Assembly (NCBI GenBank): GCA_963708135.1
Contig: OY970192.1
Span: 3,040,001-3,104,000 of the forward strand
Length of the DNA stretch: 64,000 nt
Source of the DNA: an uncultured Gemmatimonadales bacterium
GTDB taxonomy: Bacteria > Gemmatimonadota > Gemmatimonadetes > Longimicrobiales > RSA9
Direction of reading: 5' to 3'
The first letter of the stretch is position 1; the number at the start of each line of letters is the position of its first letter. Below, one piece after another: positions 21,101 through 30,797 of this stretch. A program made the translations under genes and the position numbers. The notes beneath the pieces are model-generated. The model saw only the letters and a list, made by a program, of their open reading frames with translations. It made no database searches and was not told the DNA's origin.

Positions 21101-21380
21101 TCACCTGCGCAAAGCCATCCACCGCCGACGAGTTGATCTTGTCCACCCCGCTGATCCCGGCGATCCGGTCCTCCACCCGGTCCACCACCTCCCGCTCCAC
21201 CACGTCCGGCGAGGCGCCCGGATAGGCGATGCCCACGAACACGATCGGCGCCTCGATGTCCGGGAACTCGTCCGTCTGCAGGCTGGCCAGCGCCGCCAGC
21301 CCGAACGCCACCAGCGCGATCATCGTCACGATGGTCACGATCGGGCGCCGGATCGCGAAGTCCGAGATGAGCATCAGCAT
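18141..21380 (-). CDS. RND efflux permease, AcrB/AcrD/AcrF family
   Basis: SLLGLSLAIGILIDDAIVVRENI, GIVVKNAILLIDF, RLRPIIMTT; Gly/Ala insertion near 18940-19050. Confidence 0.93.
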   Translation of the reverse strand: MLMLISDFAIRRPIVTIVTMIALVAFGLAALASLQTDEFPDIEAPIVFVGIAYPGASPDVVEREVVDRVEDRIAGISGVDKINSSAVDGFAQVTVTFVFSKPIDQATQEVRDALSEIRNQLPAESMEPIIQHFDPNQMPIVSLTLTSKTLTAAQLTALADPGITGDLRSIPGVAQVNVVGADSAEMDVALEPARLQAAGVSVQEVVQALATQNLAAPVGSVNGPLQQRAIRLEGRLSRPEEFLNIAVATRGGQLVRLREVADVRETHAEPRSSALYNGREAIGLDIIKAREYSTTEVSDAVKVRIAQIEKRLPVGTTIEVVRDAGVRVSQSVRNVEDALIEGALLTVLVVFMFLNSWRSTVITGLALPVSVLASFIAVWAFGFTLNTMSLLGLSLAIGILIDDAIVVRENIVRHIEMGVDHTTAAYEGTDEIGLAVAATTFSIICVFVPVAFMSGMAGQWFKPFALTIACAVLVSLFVSFSLDPMLSAYWADPQLERHQLRNPIARTLARFNAWFDHQADRYKGVIAWALDHRAAMIGIAVGSFILALVLQRVVGGFEFVPQSDRSELNIAIETPPGSNLDYTTIKAEEVARLVRGFPQVAYTYTTVGASTGATVWDQGNVYVRLVPKADRSIGQAALSARIRARLRSLAGVTAYTYASGFGGNQKQVQLQVTGPDANRLTALAERLAAVVRKVPGAVDVGLSTKGQKPEFDVHVNRALASTMNVSLAQVAQALRAAFAGVNAGTWVDPDGQTRYVEVRLARRYRENAGDIAQLPIVVGGGGTAGAGGTAGAGGAGGAGGAGGAGGAAAGGVAGGPETIPLRQIATITPTVGPAQIDHYQRERVVTVGANTEGRPLGEVTQAISGRLRQVPMPPGYSVSYGGQVENQQEVFRDIFLALGIAVMLMYLVLVVQFGSFLDPIAILISLPLSLIGVVIALIVTRDTVNLMSLIGVILLMGIVVKNAILLIDFAKWSSERGGATTRDALIEAGRIRLRPIIMTTLALIAGMLPVALGAGEGADFRAPLGRAVIGGVIASTMLTLIVIPTIYEILDDWRERVLVRLGRARPHGEPHPAPAPGDD

Positions 21381-21932
21381 GGGCGTTCGTCGCCGCAAAG
21401 CGCGGGCCCCCGGCCGCCTCCTCGACCGCGCTGGACGGGCAGGGGCCAGGGGCACGGGTACGTGGACGGCCAAGATCGGACGGGAGTCCGGCAGCGGCAA
21501 GCCGGGAGCGGGCGAGCTCGCCGGCTGACGCAGGCAGGCGGACGAAAGCCAAACCGGCGGATCGGAAGAGTTCTTCGGCGCCGCGGCCTGCAAGTCGCCG
21601 GGAACGGCAGCGGGCATGGCGGCTCGGTAGGAATCGGCGAGTGGAGCTCCCGGCGGCGGACCGGGAGGCAATCTTGATCGGTATCCGGGACGAAAGGCGC
21701 ACCGGTTGGCTCGGCGCGACGGCGCGAGGCCGATGTTGCTCGATTTCCGAGAAAAAGCGGGATCCGGAGCATCAAGGCGGGCTCGGCTTGCCGATTCTGC
21801 TCGGAGGGACAAGCCTCCCGGGCGTTGTTGCCGCCGCCCGGGTCCATGGCGGGAACGACCGGATTCCGGGGGTGCGCCCTGGATTCGGATTCGTCGGAAC
21901 GGCGGGCGGGGGCGTCAGCGAATGCCGCTCCG

Positions 21933-22445
21933 TCAGCGGACCTCGGCGTCGAGGCGGAGCGTGCGGACGGTGAGCAGGATCTCGGCGAGGAAGGCGACCA
22001 TCCCGACGGTCATGGCGGCGACGGCGGCGGCGAAGAGCGCGCTGGCGAAGCCGGCCAGCACGTGGCCGGCGAGGCTGCCGAGGAAGAGGACGATGATGAG
22101 GAGGGCCACACCGAGGACGCACCCCACGGAGCAGGCGATGGCGACGAGGATGAGGCGGGAGCGGCGGCCGAGCACGCGGAGCTCGGCTGCTGCCTCGGCC
22201 GGAGCGGGCTCGTCGCCGGAGGCCGGGGCGCTTTCGGCTTCGGGGCGGTGGGCGTCCGGGGTGGCGGCACCCGGCGCGGCGCGGCGGTCGGCGAGGGCCC
22301 GCTGCACGACGCGCGCGCGGTCCACGATGCGGCCGAGGCGGTTGGTCAGCACGAGCAGGATGAGGCCCACGCCGGAGACGAGCACGATCGGCGCGACGGA
22401 GAACTGGATCACGCGCGCGAGGTCGAGCCCCGTGGTGTCGGCCAA
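21933..22445 (-). CDS. DUF2721-like membrane protein
   Basis: IQFSVAPIVLVSGVGLILLVLTNRLGRIVDRAR. Confidence 0.75.
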   Translation of the reverse strand: MADTTGLDLARVIQFSVAPIVLVSGVGLILLVLTNRLGRIVDRARVVQRALADRRAAPGAATPDAHRPEAESAPASGDEPAPAEAAAELRVLGRRSRLILVAIACSVGCVLGVALLIIVLFLGSLAGHVLAGFASALFAAAVAAMTVGMVAFLAEILLTVRTLRLDAEVR

Positions 22446-22481
22446 CGTCGTGCCTCCCGCAGGCCCGCGGCTCGCCGGCGC

Positions 22482-22724
22482 TCAGCCCTCGGGCTCGGCC
22501 TCGAAGCGGCCGGCCACCGGGTCGAGCTCGAGCAGCGCACGGAGTACCCGGCGCACGGCGTGCCACTCGCCGGGCAGGATGTCGAGTGTGCCGTGCAGCA
22601 CCGCGGCGCCGCCCGCGCTCAGGCAGCGCCCCAGGAAGAGACAGCCGCCCGCCAGCATCGTCACGAGCATGCCGAGGGCCGGCAGGGCGAAGACCACGAC
22701 CACCACGATTCCCAGTATGTCCAT
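22482..22724 (-). CDS. Small hypothetical membrane protein
   Basis: Hydrophobic N-terminus, co-oriented with neighbours. Confidence 0.4.
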   Translation of the reverse strand: MDILGIVVVVVFALPALGMLVTMLAGGCLFLGRCLSAGGAAVLHGTLDILPGEWHAVRRVLRALLELDPVAGRFEAEPEG

Positions 22725-22832
22725 GAGCAGTATCGCTCCGTTGACGGTTTCCGGAATCCCGCGAGGGGAGGATACCGCCCCGGCCAGCGCCCCGGCGTCG
22801 GGGAGCCCACGCGATGGGTGTGGGGCGCCGCC

Positions 22833-23144
22833 CTACACCGTCTCGTCCGCGCCGGGCGCCGTCGCTCCGCCGCCCTCGTCCGCGCTTTCTTCTCCGTCCA
22901 TGGGCTCCCGCCCGGGCTCCGGCTGGGCCGCATCGCCGGGCGCGGGAGCGGTGCCGGGCGGACGCAGGCGCTCGAGGACCTCGGGAAGGACCGGCTCGAT
23001 GAGCTCGTCGTAGCAGGCGGGGCAGAGATAGAAGTAGCCGGGGTCGGCGGGCAGCTCGAGGAGATGGCCGAAGAAGACCTTCATGAGGGCCGTCATCCGG
23101 CGAGGATCCGTCTCGCCACAGCGCGCGCACGGCTCGAGCGGCAC
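22833..23144 (-). CDS. Small hypothetical protein, possible Zn ribbon
   Basis: CARC...CPAC pairs; directly after serA. Confidence 0.5.
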   Translation of the reverse strand: MPLEPCARCGETDPRRMTALMKVFFGHLLELPADPGYFYLCPACYDELIEPVLPEVLERLRPPGTAPAPGDAAQPEPGREPMDGEESADEGGGATAPGADETV

Positions 23145-23155
23145 GGGACGACCCG

Positions 23156-24427
23156 TCAGTAGAGGATGCGGGTCCGGATCGTCCCGGGCACGCCGCCGAG
23201 CGCGGCAACCATTGCGCGGTCCACCTTCCGCGACACGTCCATTACCAGATAGCCGATGCGGGAGTCGGTCATGAGGTACTGCGCCAGCACGTTGACCTCG
23301 CGCTCGGCGAAGATCTCGTTCACGTGCTGCAGCACGCCCGGCACGTTGCGGTGGAAGTGCAGGATGCGGTGCACGCCGTCGTGGACGGGCAGCTCGACCT
23401 CGGGGAGGTTGACGGCGGAGGTGGTCGAGCCGTTGTTCACGAACTTGACGAGCTTCTCGGAGACCTCGCGTCCGATCGCCTCCTGGGCCTCGAGGGTGGA
23501 GCCGCCGATGTGGGGCGTGAGCAGCGCGCTCGGGATGGACTGGAGCGGCGAGTCGAAGCGCTCCCCCTGCGCCCTCGGCTCGCGCGGGAAGACGTCCACC
23601 GCGGCGCCCGCGAGGTGGCCGGAGCGAAGAGCATCGGCGAGCGCCTCGAGGTCGACCACGTTGCCGCGGCTGTAGTTGATGAGGCAGGCGCCCGGCCTCA
23701 TCCGCGCCAGCCGCTCGCGCGTCACGAGGCCGTGAGTCTGCGGCGTGCCGGGGACGTGCAGCGTCACGACGTCGCTTTGCTCGAGCAGGGCCTCGAGGGT
23801 ACGCATGGGGCGGGCGTTGCCGAGCGCCAGCTTCGCCACGATGTCGTGGTAGAGCACGCGCATCCCGAGCGCCTCGGCCAGCACGGAGACCTGGCTGCCG
23901 ATGTGGCCGTAGCCGACGATGCCCAGCGTTTTCCCGCGCGCCTCCCGCGCCCCCTCCGCGCTCTTCAGCCAGCGCCCCTCGTGCGCGGCGAGGTTCTTCT
24001 CCGGCACACCGCGCAGCAGCGAGATGCAGTGGCTGAGCACCAGCTCGGCCACGGAGCGCGTGTTCGAGAACGGCGCGTTGAAGACGGGCACCGCCGCGGC
24101 CGCGGCGGTCTTCAGGTCGATCTGGTTCGTGCCGATGCAGAAGGCGCCCACGACCAGCAGCCGGTCGGCCGCGGCGAGCGCCCTCTCCGAGAGCTCCGTC
24201 TTCGAGCGGATGCCCAGCACGTGCACGTCCGCCAGCCGCTCCGCCAGCTCCCGCCCCGCGAGCGCGCCCGGCAGCACGGCCACCTGGAAATGCTCCTCGC
24301 GGAACCGCTCAACCGCCGCCGCATGGATTCCCTCCAGCAGCAGCACCCGGATCCGCTCCTTCGGGAACGAGGTCCGCTGCTGCTCCACCGCCGTCCCCCG
24401 CCGCTTCGTTCCCGCCCCTCCAGCCAT
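23156..24427 (-). CDS. serA: D-3-phosphoglycerate dehydrogenase
   Basis: GAFCIGTNQ, PVFNAPFSNTRSVAEL, GIVGYGHIG, LTPHIGGSTLEAQ, C-terminal ACT (HRNVPGVL). Confidence 0.95.
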   Translation of the reverse strand: MAGGAGTKRRGTAVEQQRTSFPKERIRVLLLEGIHAAAVERFREEHFQVAVLPGALAGRELAERLADVHVLGIRSKTELSERALAAADRLLVVGAFCIGTNQIDLKTAAAAAVPVFNAPFSNTRSVAELVLSHCISLLRGVPEKNLAAHEGRWLKSAEGAREARGKTLGIVGYGHIGSQVSVLAEALGMRVLYHDIVAKLALGNARPMRTLEALLEQSDVVTLHVPGTPQTHGLVTRERLARMRPGACLINYSRGNVVDLEALADALRSGHLAGAAVDVFPREPRAQGERFDSPLQSIPSALLTPHIGGSTLEAQEAIGREVSEKLVKFVNNGSTTSAVNLPEVELPVHDGVHRILHFHRNVPGVLQHVNEIFAEREVNVLAQYLMTDSRIGYLVMDVSRKVDRAMVAALGGVPGTIRTRILY

Positions 24428-24637
24428 GGACCGTCCTCCGCGTCTTCGTGTGCGCAGCCGTCCTCCCAACGTATCGCGATTCGAGGTCGGTGGGCAGCCC
24501 CCGGCGGGGAGCCCGGGGAGCGGCGGCGCTGGACCGGGCGCGCCACGGCGGACGGAGGACCAGCGCTGCGGATGACGGATCTTGCGGAGGCGGCCGTGTC
24601 GAACCCAACCCCGACCCCGAGCCGTCCGTTGAACGCC

Positions 24638-26650
24638 TCACTGCGTCGAGATGTCCGGCCGCTTCACCACCGTCAGCGTGATCGTGGACGGGTACTTCTT
24701 CGAGTGGTGGACGGCATTGTGCGCCACGACGCCGTGCGCCTCGTCGTAGTTGTGGCCACCGGTGTTGAGGTTCCGGTCGAAGCGCGGGAAGTTGCTGCTC
24801 GACACCTCGATCCGGATGCGGTGGCCCGGCGCGAAGTAGTTGCTGGTGTTCATCGGGCCGAGGGTCACCGGATAGACCTTGCCGGGCTGCATCCACACCT
24901 GCCTGTCGTAGCCGTCCCGGTAGCGCATGCGCTGGATCGTCTCGTCCAGGTTGTAGGCCGTGCCGTCGGGCGCCACGTCGATCAGCTTGGCGGTGAAATC
25001 GGTGTCCTTTGCGTCCGAGGAGACGAAGAGCTTCACGGTCACCGGACCGGTCACGTCCACGCCCTCCTTGAGCGGATCGGTGGTGTAGACGAGGATGTCC
25101 GGCCGCGCCTCCATCTTCCGCTGGTCGAGCGCGCCGCCCTGCACGGCGTTGCCCGTGCAGCAGACGTTGCCGCCGTGCGAGGGCACCGGGTCCATGGGAT
25201 CGTAGGTGAAGGCGTCCGGGTGGTCCGCGGAGGGCGCGTGAGCGGCGAGGGCGCCGTCGCCTGAAAGGGTGTTGGCCTTGCCGCCGCTCGTGAGGAAGAA
25301 GGTCTGCGGCCGCGCGCCGGCGGGAGGCCAGCTGTCCGCGGAATGCCAGCGGTTCTCGCCCATCGTGTAGTACCGCACGCGTGGCATGGTGTCGAGCACC
25401 GTGTGCTGCTCGCCCTTGAGGAAGCGGTCGAAGAAGCCGTACGTCATGTCGTTGTAGTCGAAGCGGGCGTCGCCGACGCTGCGCTCCCCGACGACGGTGT
25501 TCTCGGTCGCGCGCGTGTAGGAGCAGTGCAGCGTCGGCGCGATGATGAGCCACTGCTCCTTGCCCACCTCCGGGTCGGCCGTCTCGCGCACGTGGTTGTA
25601 CGTGGCCAGGTTCGGGCCGATCGAGACGTCGTACCAGGACGTGAACCACAGCCCGGGCACGTCGATCTTCATCGAGCCGTGGTAGAGGCCGCCGCGCCAC
25701 CAGGCGGAGTCCCCCGGCGTGCGCGCGATCATGTCGCCGCCCGTCGCCACCGGCATCGAGTCCGCGAAGATCCCGTGCGGGCCGTCCACCGCCGCGATGA
25801 TGCTGTCCTCCGGAAGGTGCCGGAGCGCCTCGGACCAGTCCACCGGCGGCAGCTGCTGCGCCATGTCGAACGCCTTGGAGGCCCGGATCAGGTCCTCCTG
25901 CGACGTGTTCGCCGGGAACATCGGCCGCACCTGGTTCTGCTCGCCGTACAGCCACGCGATGAACAGCATCTGCACCGCGCCGCCCCGGTACCAGTTGCCC
26001 TGCTCCCAGTACGGCCCCACCTGCCCCACGCCCGCGCCGAAGCCCTGCGGGTTGATCGCCGCCAGCCCGGGAGGCGACGTCGCCGCGACCCCCATCTGCC
26101 ACTCCGCCGTCGACGAGCAGCCCACGAGCCCCACCTTCCCGTTGGCCCACGGCTGCGTCGACATCCACTTGACGGCGTCGTAGCCGTCCGTGCGCGGCGG
26201 GCCAAGGATGTCGTAGTTGCCCTCGCTGAAGAAGTGCCCGCGCTCGTTCATCTCCACGTAGGCGTAGCCGCGCTTCACCGCCTCGAGCTCCCGGCTCATG
26301 TCGCGCGGCACGCCGTTGCGCACGTCCCAGTAGTTGAAGTTGTACGGCGTGCGCACGAAGATGATCGGCACCGCTCCGGTCGCGTTCTTCGGCCGGTAGA
26401 CGTCCGTCGCCATGCGTTTCCCGTCGCGCATCGGCACCATGACCTTGCGGCCGATCACCGCGACGCTCTCGAGCTCGTGCTCCACCTCCCAGCGGTGCGC
26501 CTTCTGCTCGTCGGTCATGGGACCGCGGCGCTGGGCGGCGAGCGGCCGCGCAGGCGCGAGCGCCGCGCACACCACGGCGAGGGCCGCCGCGGCGAGAGTG
26601 GCCTGGGAGCGTGCGTATCGGCGCATGGCTCGACTCCGGGTTGTGGACAT
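24638..26650 (-). CDS. CocE/NonD family hydrolase, secreted
   Basis: [46 protein letters not shown]. Confidence 0.9.
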   Translation of the reverse strand: MSTTRSRAMRRYARSQATLAAAALAVVCAALAPARPLAAQRRGPMTDEQKAHRWEVEHELESVAVIGRKVMVPMRDGKRMATDVYRPKNATGAVPIIFVRTPYNFNYWDVRNGVPRDMSRELEAVKRGYAYVEMNERGHFFSEGNYDILGPPRTDGYDAVKWMSTQPWANGKVGLVGCSSTAEWQMGVAATSPPGLAAINPQGFGAGVGQVGPYWEQGNWYRGGAVQMLFIAWLYGEQNQVRPMFPANTSQEDLIRASKAFDMAQQLPPVDWSEALRHLPEDSIIAAVDGPHGIFADSMPVATGGDMIARTPGDSAWWRGGLYHGSMKIDVPGLWFTSWYDVSIGPNLATYNHVRETADPEVGKEQWLIIAPTLHCSYTRATENTVVGERSVGDARFDYNDMTYGFFDRFLKGEQHTVLDTMPRVRYYTMGENRWHSADSWPPAGARPQTFFLTSGGKANTLSGDGALAAHAPSADHPDAFTYDPMDPVPSHGGNVCCTGNAVQGGALDQRKMEARPDILVYTTDPLKEGVDVTGPVTVKLFVSSDAKDTDFTAKLIDVAPDGTAYNLDETIQRMRYRDGYDRQVWMQPGKVYPVTLGPMNTSNYFAPGHRIRIEVSSSNFPRFDRNLNTGGHNYDEAHGVVAHNAVHHSKKYPSTITLTVVKRPDISTQ

Positions 26651-26827
26651 CGCAGGCTGCGGCGTGGGACCTGTCAATATGCGCACGGGCGTGGTGGAAG
26701 TGTCAAGGCTCTGAAGGCGACGGGGCGCGGGGGTGGGGGCGGAGGAGGAGTAGCGCAGGGGCACGGGAGCTGACGGACTGACCGATGTCCGGTCTGGCTA
26801 TGTCGCCGCCCCTCGCCGCAGGTTTCC

Positions 26828-27859
26828 GTGTACGGCATGGACGCGGAAATCGTTGCTCTCGGAAAGGGACTGCTGGGTGTCCGGTTCGCGTTCGACCGCG
26901 CCGCCGTCGCGGCGGTGCGGGCGATCCCGGGCCGCCGCTGGAACCCGACTGAGGGTCGCTGGACCGTCCCCAACACCCCCGAGAGCAGAGCCCGGCTGGC
27001 TGAGATCTTTCCCGAAAGCGACGACGACGGTTCTCTCCGCGCGCGTCTCCTCCAGGAGCTCCGCATCCGCCGCTACAGCCCGCGCACCATCAAGGCGTAT
27101 CGAAGCCACCTGACCGGATTCGCCCGCCATCTCGGCGGGCGGCCCGGCGAGGCGACGTCGGAGGACGTGCGTGCGTACCTCCTCGCCCTGCAGGCCCGAG
27201 GCGTGTCCGCGGCGTACCAGAACCAGGCCGTCAGCGCGCTGCGCTTCTTCTTCATCCACGTGCTCCGGCGGGAGCTCGATCCGGAGGCCGTGCCCAGGCC
27301 AAAGCGCGACCGGAAGCTGCCGGCGGTACTGAGCGGCGAGGAGATCCGCCGGCTCATCGCCGCGATTCGAAATCCGAAACATCGGGCACTGCTGCTCGTC
27401 ACCTATTCCGCGGGTCTCCGCGTCAGTGAAGCGGTACGCCTGAAACTCATGGATCTGGACGAAGACCGACGAATGATTTACGTTCGCGGAGGCAAGGGCA
27501 GAAAAGATCGGCAGACTCTACTGTCCGACCGCGCGCTCACGGCAGTGCGGGAGGCCCGTAAGTCCGCCGGCTCGAGCCAGTGGCTCTTTCCGGGAGCCCG
27601 CCCCGGCCGCCACCTGACCGCCCGCTCGTTCCAGAAGGTGATCGAGCGCGCGCGCGTCCGCGCCGGCATCGAGAAGCGGTTCTCCGTCCACGCCCTGCGC
27701 CACAGCTTTGCGACGCACCTGCTCGAGGCGGGCACGGACCTCCGCTACATCCAGGAGCTGCTCGGCCACTCGAGCACGCGGACGACCGAAATCTACACGC
27801 ACGTGAGCAAGCGCCAGATCGCCCGGATCCGTAGCCCGCTGGACACGTTGGGGGAGTGA
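26828..27859 (+). CDS. Tyrosine recombinase associated with the cassette array (integron-integrase-like, lacking the IntI insertion)
   Basis: SAM-like YSPRTIKAY...QNQAVSALRFFF; catalytic YSAGLRVSE, GKGRKDR, HALRHSFATHLLE, LLGHSS, TEIYTHV; extra ~60 aa N-terminal domain. Confidence 0.92.
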   Translation: MYGMDAEIVALGKGLLGVRFAFDRAAVAAVRAIPGRRWNPTEGRWTVPNTPESRARLAEIFPESDDDGSLRARLLQELRIRRYSPRTIKAYRSHLTGFARHLGGRPGEATSEDVRAYLLALQARGVSAAYQNQAVSALRFFFIHVLRRELDPEAVPRPKRDRKLPAVLSGEEIRRLIAAIRNPKHRALLLVTYSAGLRVSEAVRLKLMDLDEDRRMIYVRGGKGRKDRQTLLSDRALTAVREARKSAGSSQWLFPGARPGRHLTARSFQKVIERARVRAGIEKRFSVHALRHSFATHLLEAGTDLRYIQELLGHSSTRTTEIYTHVSKRQIARIRSPLDTLGE

Positions 27860-27935
27860 GCTGCGGGTGGAGGGGGCGCTTGCGGACGCCCTCGCCCACG
27901 AATGGGCGCACAACGGCGCCGAGGACGCCGCTTAC

Positions 27936-27987
27936 CGAAATTCGCCAAGTACGCGCCATCACGAAATTCGTAAACTGAACGTTATCT
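27936..27987 (+). other. Putative attI-like site
   Basis: First cassette starts at GTTATCT (27981) after TAAACTGAAC with no preceding attC hairpin; direct repeat CGAAATTCG at 27936 and 27962. Confidence 0.65.
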
Positions 27988-28356
27988 GGAATGCGCTGGA
28001 GCGCTGAACAGCAATGATGTGCTCCGCCGCCCCGCCCCGGTTCCAGCGGCTTTGCGTTCGCGGTGCGATCGACGTCCCCGGCCGGGACGGGTCGGACCGA
28101 CAGGAGCTGGTGAGTCGCCGTGCTTGCGCCGGCTGCGGTTCGGCAGCGAGAGAGATTAGGGGCGTCGCCGTCGACTTTCGACCGTTCCAGGGTTGCACGG
28201 CTTCGGCCGGACAGGAGAGGCGCACTCCAGATAACAGAGCGGTGACCGCTGCGCCGCCTGGGCGGCTTGCCCGCCGGGGGAGCGGTGGCGGCGTTTAGCA
28301 ACACAACATGGGCCGGCGGGACACGGCGCTGCGCGCCGCGTCGGTAACCGCGAAAC
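27981..28356 (+). repeat. ORF-less cassette type A, copy 1
   Basis: 376 bp; GTTATCTGGAATGCGC...GCGCACTCCAGATAAC plus attC-like site. Confidence 0.9.
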
Positions 28357-28363
28357 GTTATCT
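28229..28363 (+). other. attC-like site, family 1 (representative; specific to ORF-less cassettes)
   Basis: AGATAAC-agaGCGGTGACCG...GGGACACGGCGCtgcGCGCCGCGTCGGTAACCGCgaaac-GTTATCT. Confidence 0.85.
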
Positions 28364-28732
28364 GGAATGCGCTGGAGCGCTGAACAGCAATGATGTGCTC
28401 CGCCGCCCCGCCCCGGTTCCAGCGGCTTTGCGTTCGCGGTGCGATCGACGTCCCCGGCCGGGACGGGTCGGACCGACAGGAGCTGGTGAGTCGCCGTGCT
28501 TGCGCCGGCTGCGGTTCGGCAGCGAGAGAGATTAGGGGCGTCGCCGTCGACTTTCGACCGTTCCAGGGTTGCACGGCTTCGGCCGGACAGGAGAGGCGCA
28601 CTCCAGATAACAGAGCGGTGACCGCTGCGCCGCCTGGGCGGCTTGCCCGCCGGGGGAGCGGTGGCGGCGTTTAGCAACACAACATGGGCCGGCGGGACAC
28701 GGCGCTGCGCGCCGCGTCGGTAACCGCGAAAC
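28357..28732 (+). repeat. ORF-less cassette type A, copy 2
   Basis: Tandem copy, apparently identical to 27981-28356. Confidence 0.9.
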
Positions 28733-28750
28733 GTTAGAAGACATGCCGGG

Positions 28751-28782
28751 TTGACGGGCGGTGGTACTGAGTACTATAGTAC
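28751..28782 (+). promoter_or_regulatory. Cassette-internal promoter/operator of a TA module
   Basis: TTGACG-N18-TATAGT overlapping the perfect palindrome GTACTATAGTAC. Confidence 0.6.
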
Positions 28783-28818
28783 GGAGGACGTTGAAGCCGG
28801 GAGGCTCGTATCGAATTC

Positions 28819-29139
28819 GTGGCAACCCGCAGCTTCGAGAGCTCCGCGAAGAAGCTCCTGTCCGAAGAGGACCGGAGGCAGCTTGAGTTGCTCCTGCTGG
28901 GAGATCCACGACATGGCAAGGTGATTGAGCGCACTGGCGGTTTCCGGAAGGTGCGCTTCGCTCGACCCAGCCGGCGTGAAGGGAAGAGCGGCGGTACTCG
29001 GGTGATCTACTATCTCCTCGATCGACGTGACCGGATCTACCTGCTCCTCGTGTACGCGAAGGGGGTGAAGGACACCCTCACCCGCACCGAGGAGAACGAA
29101 CTTCGGAAGCTGGCAAAGGCATTGGAGGAAGAACGGTGA
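28819..29139 (+). CDS. RelE/HigB-family toxin
   Basis: GKVIERTGGFRKVRFA...GKSGGTRVIYY...IYLLLVYAKGVKDTLT. Confidence 0.88.
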   Translation: MATRSFESSAKKLLSEEDRRQLELLLLGDPRHGKVIERTGGFRKVRFARPSRREGKSGGTRVIYYLLDRRDRIYLLLVYAKGVKDTLTRTEENELRKLAKALEEER

Positions 29140-29516
29140 CCAAGGCACGGAGGAAGGGTACGTTCGGGCAGGTGCTCATCGAGTCCGCAAGAGAGGCGGT
29201 GCAGATCGAGCGCGGTGAGGCACCCCCGGCTCGTGTCACCAAGCACACGGCTGCGGAAACGAGGGTGGCACCTCCGCCTCAATACGTGCCGGAACGTATC
29301 AAGGGAATCCGGGATGTCATGGCATTGTCCCAGCCTGTCTTCGCTGCGGCCTTGAATGTGAGTCCAGAGACAGTCCGCGCTTGGGAACAGGGGAAGAGGG
29401 AACCCGACGGCCCTACGCTTCGACTCCTCAAGGTAGCGGAGCAGCACCCCGAGGTGCTCCTTACAAAAGTGCGGGCCCGAAGGTCGAGGAAACGGCCCAG
29501 CGCCGAGATCCGGTAA
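29136..29516 (+). CDS. HTH (XRE/HigA-like) antitoxin
   Basis: LSQPVFAAALNVSPETVRAWEQGKREPDGP; 4-nt overlap with the toxin. Confidence 0.88.
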   Translation: MTKARRKGTFGQVLIESAREAVQIERGEAPPARVTKHTAAETRVAPPPQYVPERIKGIRDVMALSQPVFAAALNVSPETVRAWEQGKREPDGPTLRLLKVAEQHPEVLLTKVRARRSRKRPSAEIR

Positions 29517-29558
29517 CGTGCCTTGGAATGACGCGGTCAGCGTCATGGCCGGCACGTC

Positions 29559-29673
29559 TTCTAACACACGGTGAGCGCCTGCGCGGCTTCGCTCCGGCCC
29601 TTCGGGACACCGAATCCTCAGCGCCGCGTTGCGGCGCCACCGGTTCGGCGTCGCTCACCTGGAAACGTTATCC
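29559..29673 (+). other. attC-like site, family 2 (representative)
   Basis: TTCTAAC-acacGGTGAGCG...GGGACACCGAATC...GGTTCGGCGTCGCTCACC-tggaaac-GTT. Confidence 0.85.
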
Positions 29674-30043
29674 GGAATGCGCTGGTGCGCTGGGGAGTGA
29701 ACCTCTTGTTCCCCTCCCCGCCCCGGATCCAGCGGTTTCGCGGGACCGGTGCAATCGATGATCCTGGCACACCGGGTTCGCGAGGCAGCAGCTGGTGAGG
29801 CGCCGGGCGCATCGTTCCTGTATCCGCGGCGTCGAGAGCCCGGCCGGAGTCGAAGCGTTTGTCGGCGCTGAGTTCCGGGCCGCGCCCGCCTTCCGCTGGA
29901 GGCGGAGGGGCGCACTCCGGATAACAGAGCGGTGGCCGCTGCGCCGCCTTCAGCGGCTTGCCCGCCGGGTGAAGTGAAGTCGTAGGCTGAGAACACGGGC
30001 CGGCGGGACGCGGCGCTGGGGGCCGCGTCGGCAACCGCCAGAC
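29667..30043 (+). repeat. ORF-less cassette type B, copy 1
   Basis: 377 bp; GTTATCCGGAATGCGC...GCGCACTCCGGATAAC. Confidence 0.9.
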
Positions 30044-30420
30044 GTTATCTGGAATGCGCTGGAGCGCTGAACAGCAATGATGTGCTCCGCCGCCCCGCCC
30101 CGGTTCCAGCGGCTTTGCGCTCGCGGTGCGATGGACGTTGACGGGCCGGGATGCGTCAGAGGAGGCAGGAGCTGGTGAGGCGCCGTGCGTCGGCCCGCCG
30201 GTGCGGTTCGGCAGCGGGGCACGTGCAGGTCGCCGGCGGCGAGTTGCGACCGTTCCAGAGTGCACGGCTGTGGCAGGACGCGAGAGGCGCACTGCAGATA
30301 ACGGAGCGGTGACCGCTGCGCCGCCTTCGGCGGCTCGCCCGCCGGGTGAAGTGAAGTCCAAGCCCGAAAAGATGGGCCGGCGGGACACGGCGCTGCGCGC
30401 CACGTCGGTAACCGAGAGAC
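30044..30420 (+). repeat. ORF-less cassette type C, copy 1
   Basis: 377 bp; first ~75 nt shared with type A, then diverges. Confidence 0.9.
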
Positions 30421-30797
30421 GTTATCTGGAATGCGCTGGAGCGCTGAACAGCAATGATGTGCTCCGCCGCCCCGCCCCGGTTCCAGCGGCTTTGCGTTCG
30501 CGGTGCGATCGACGTCCCCGGCCGGGACGGGTCGGACCGACAGGAGCTGGTGAGTCGCCGTGCTTGCGCCGGCTGCGGTTCGGCAGCGAGAGAGATTAGG
30601 GGCGTCGCCGTCGAACTTTCGACCGTTCCAGGGTTGCACGGCTTCGGCCGGACAGGAGAGGCGCACTCCAGATAACAGAGCGGTGACCGCTGCGCCGCCT
30701 GGGCGGCTTGCCCGCCGGGGGAGCGGTGGCGGCGTTTAGCAACACAACATGGGCCGGCGGGACACGGCGCTGCGCGCCGCGTCGGTAACCGCGAAAC
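30421..30797 (+). repeat. ORF-less cassette type A, copy 3
   Basis: 377 bp; 1-nt insertion relative to copy 1. Confidence 0.9.

Noticed and set aside
17455..21702. Very long alternative-frame and antisense ORFs (1415 aa, 1169 aa and similar across the window)
   Set aside because: Arg/Gly/Pro-rich shadows of real high-GC genes such as the RND permease.
26828..27859. Calling the recombinase intI or xerC/xerD
   Set aside because: It lacks the IntI insertion, and its extra N-terminal domain and context are not those of housekeeping Xer, so no symbol was given.
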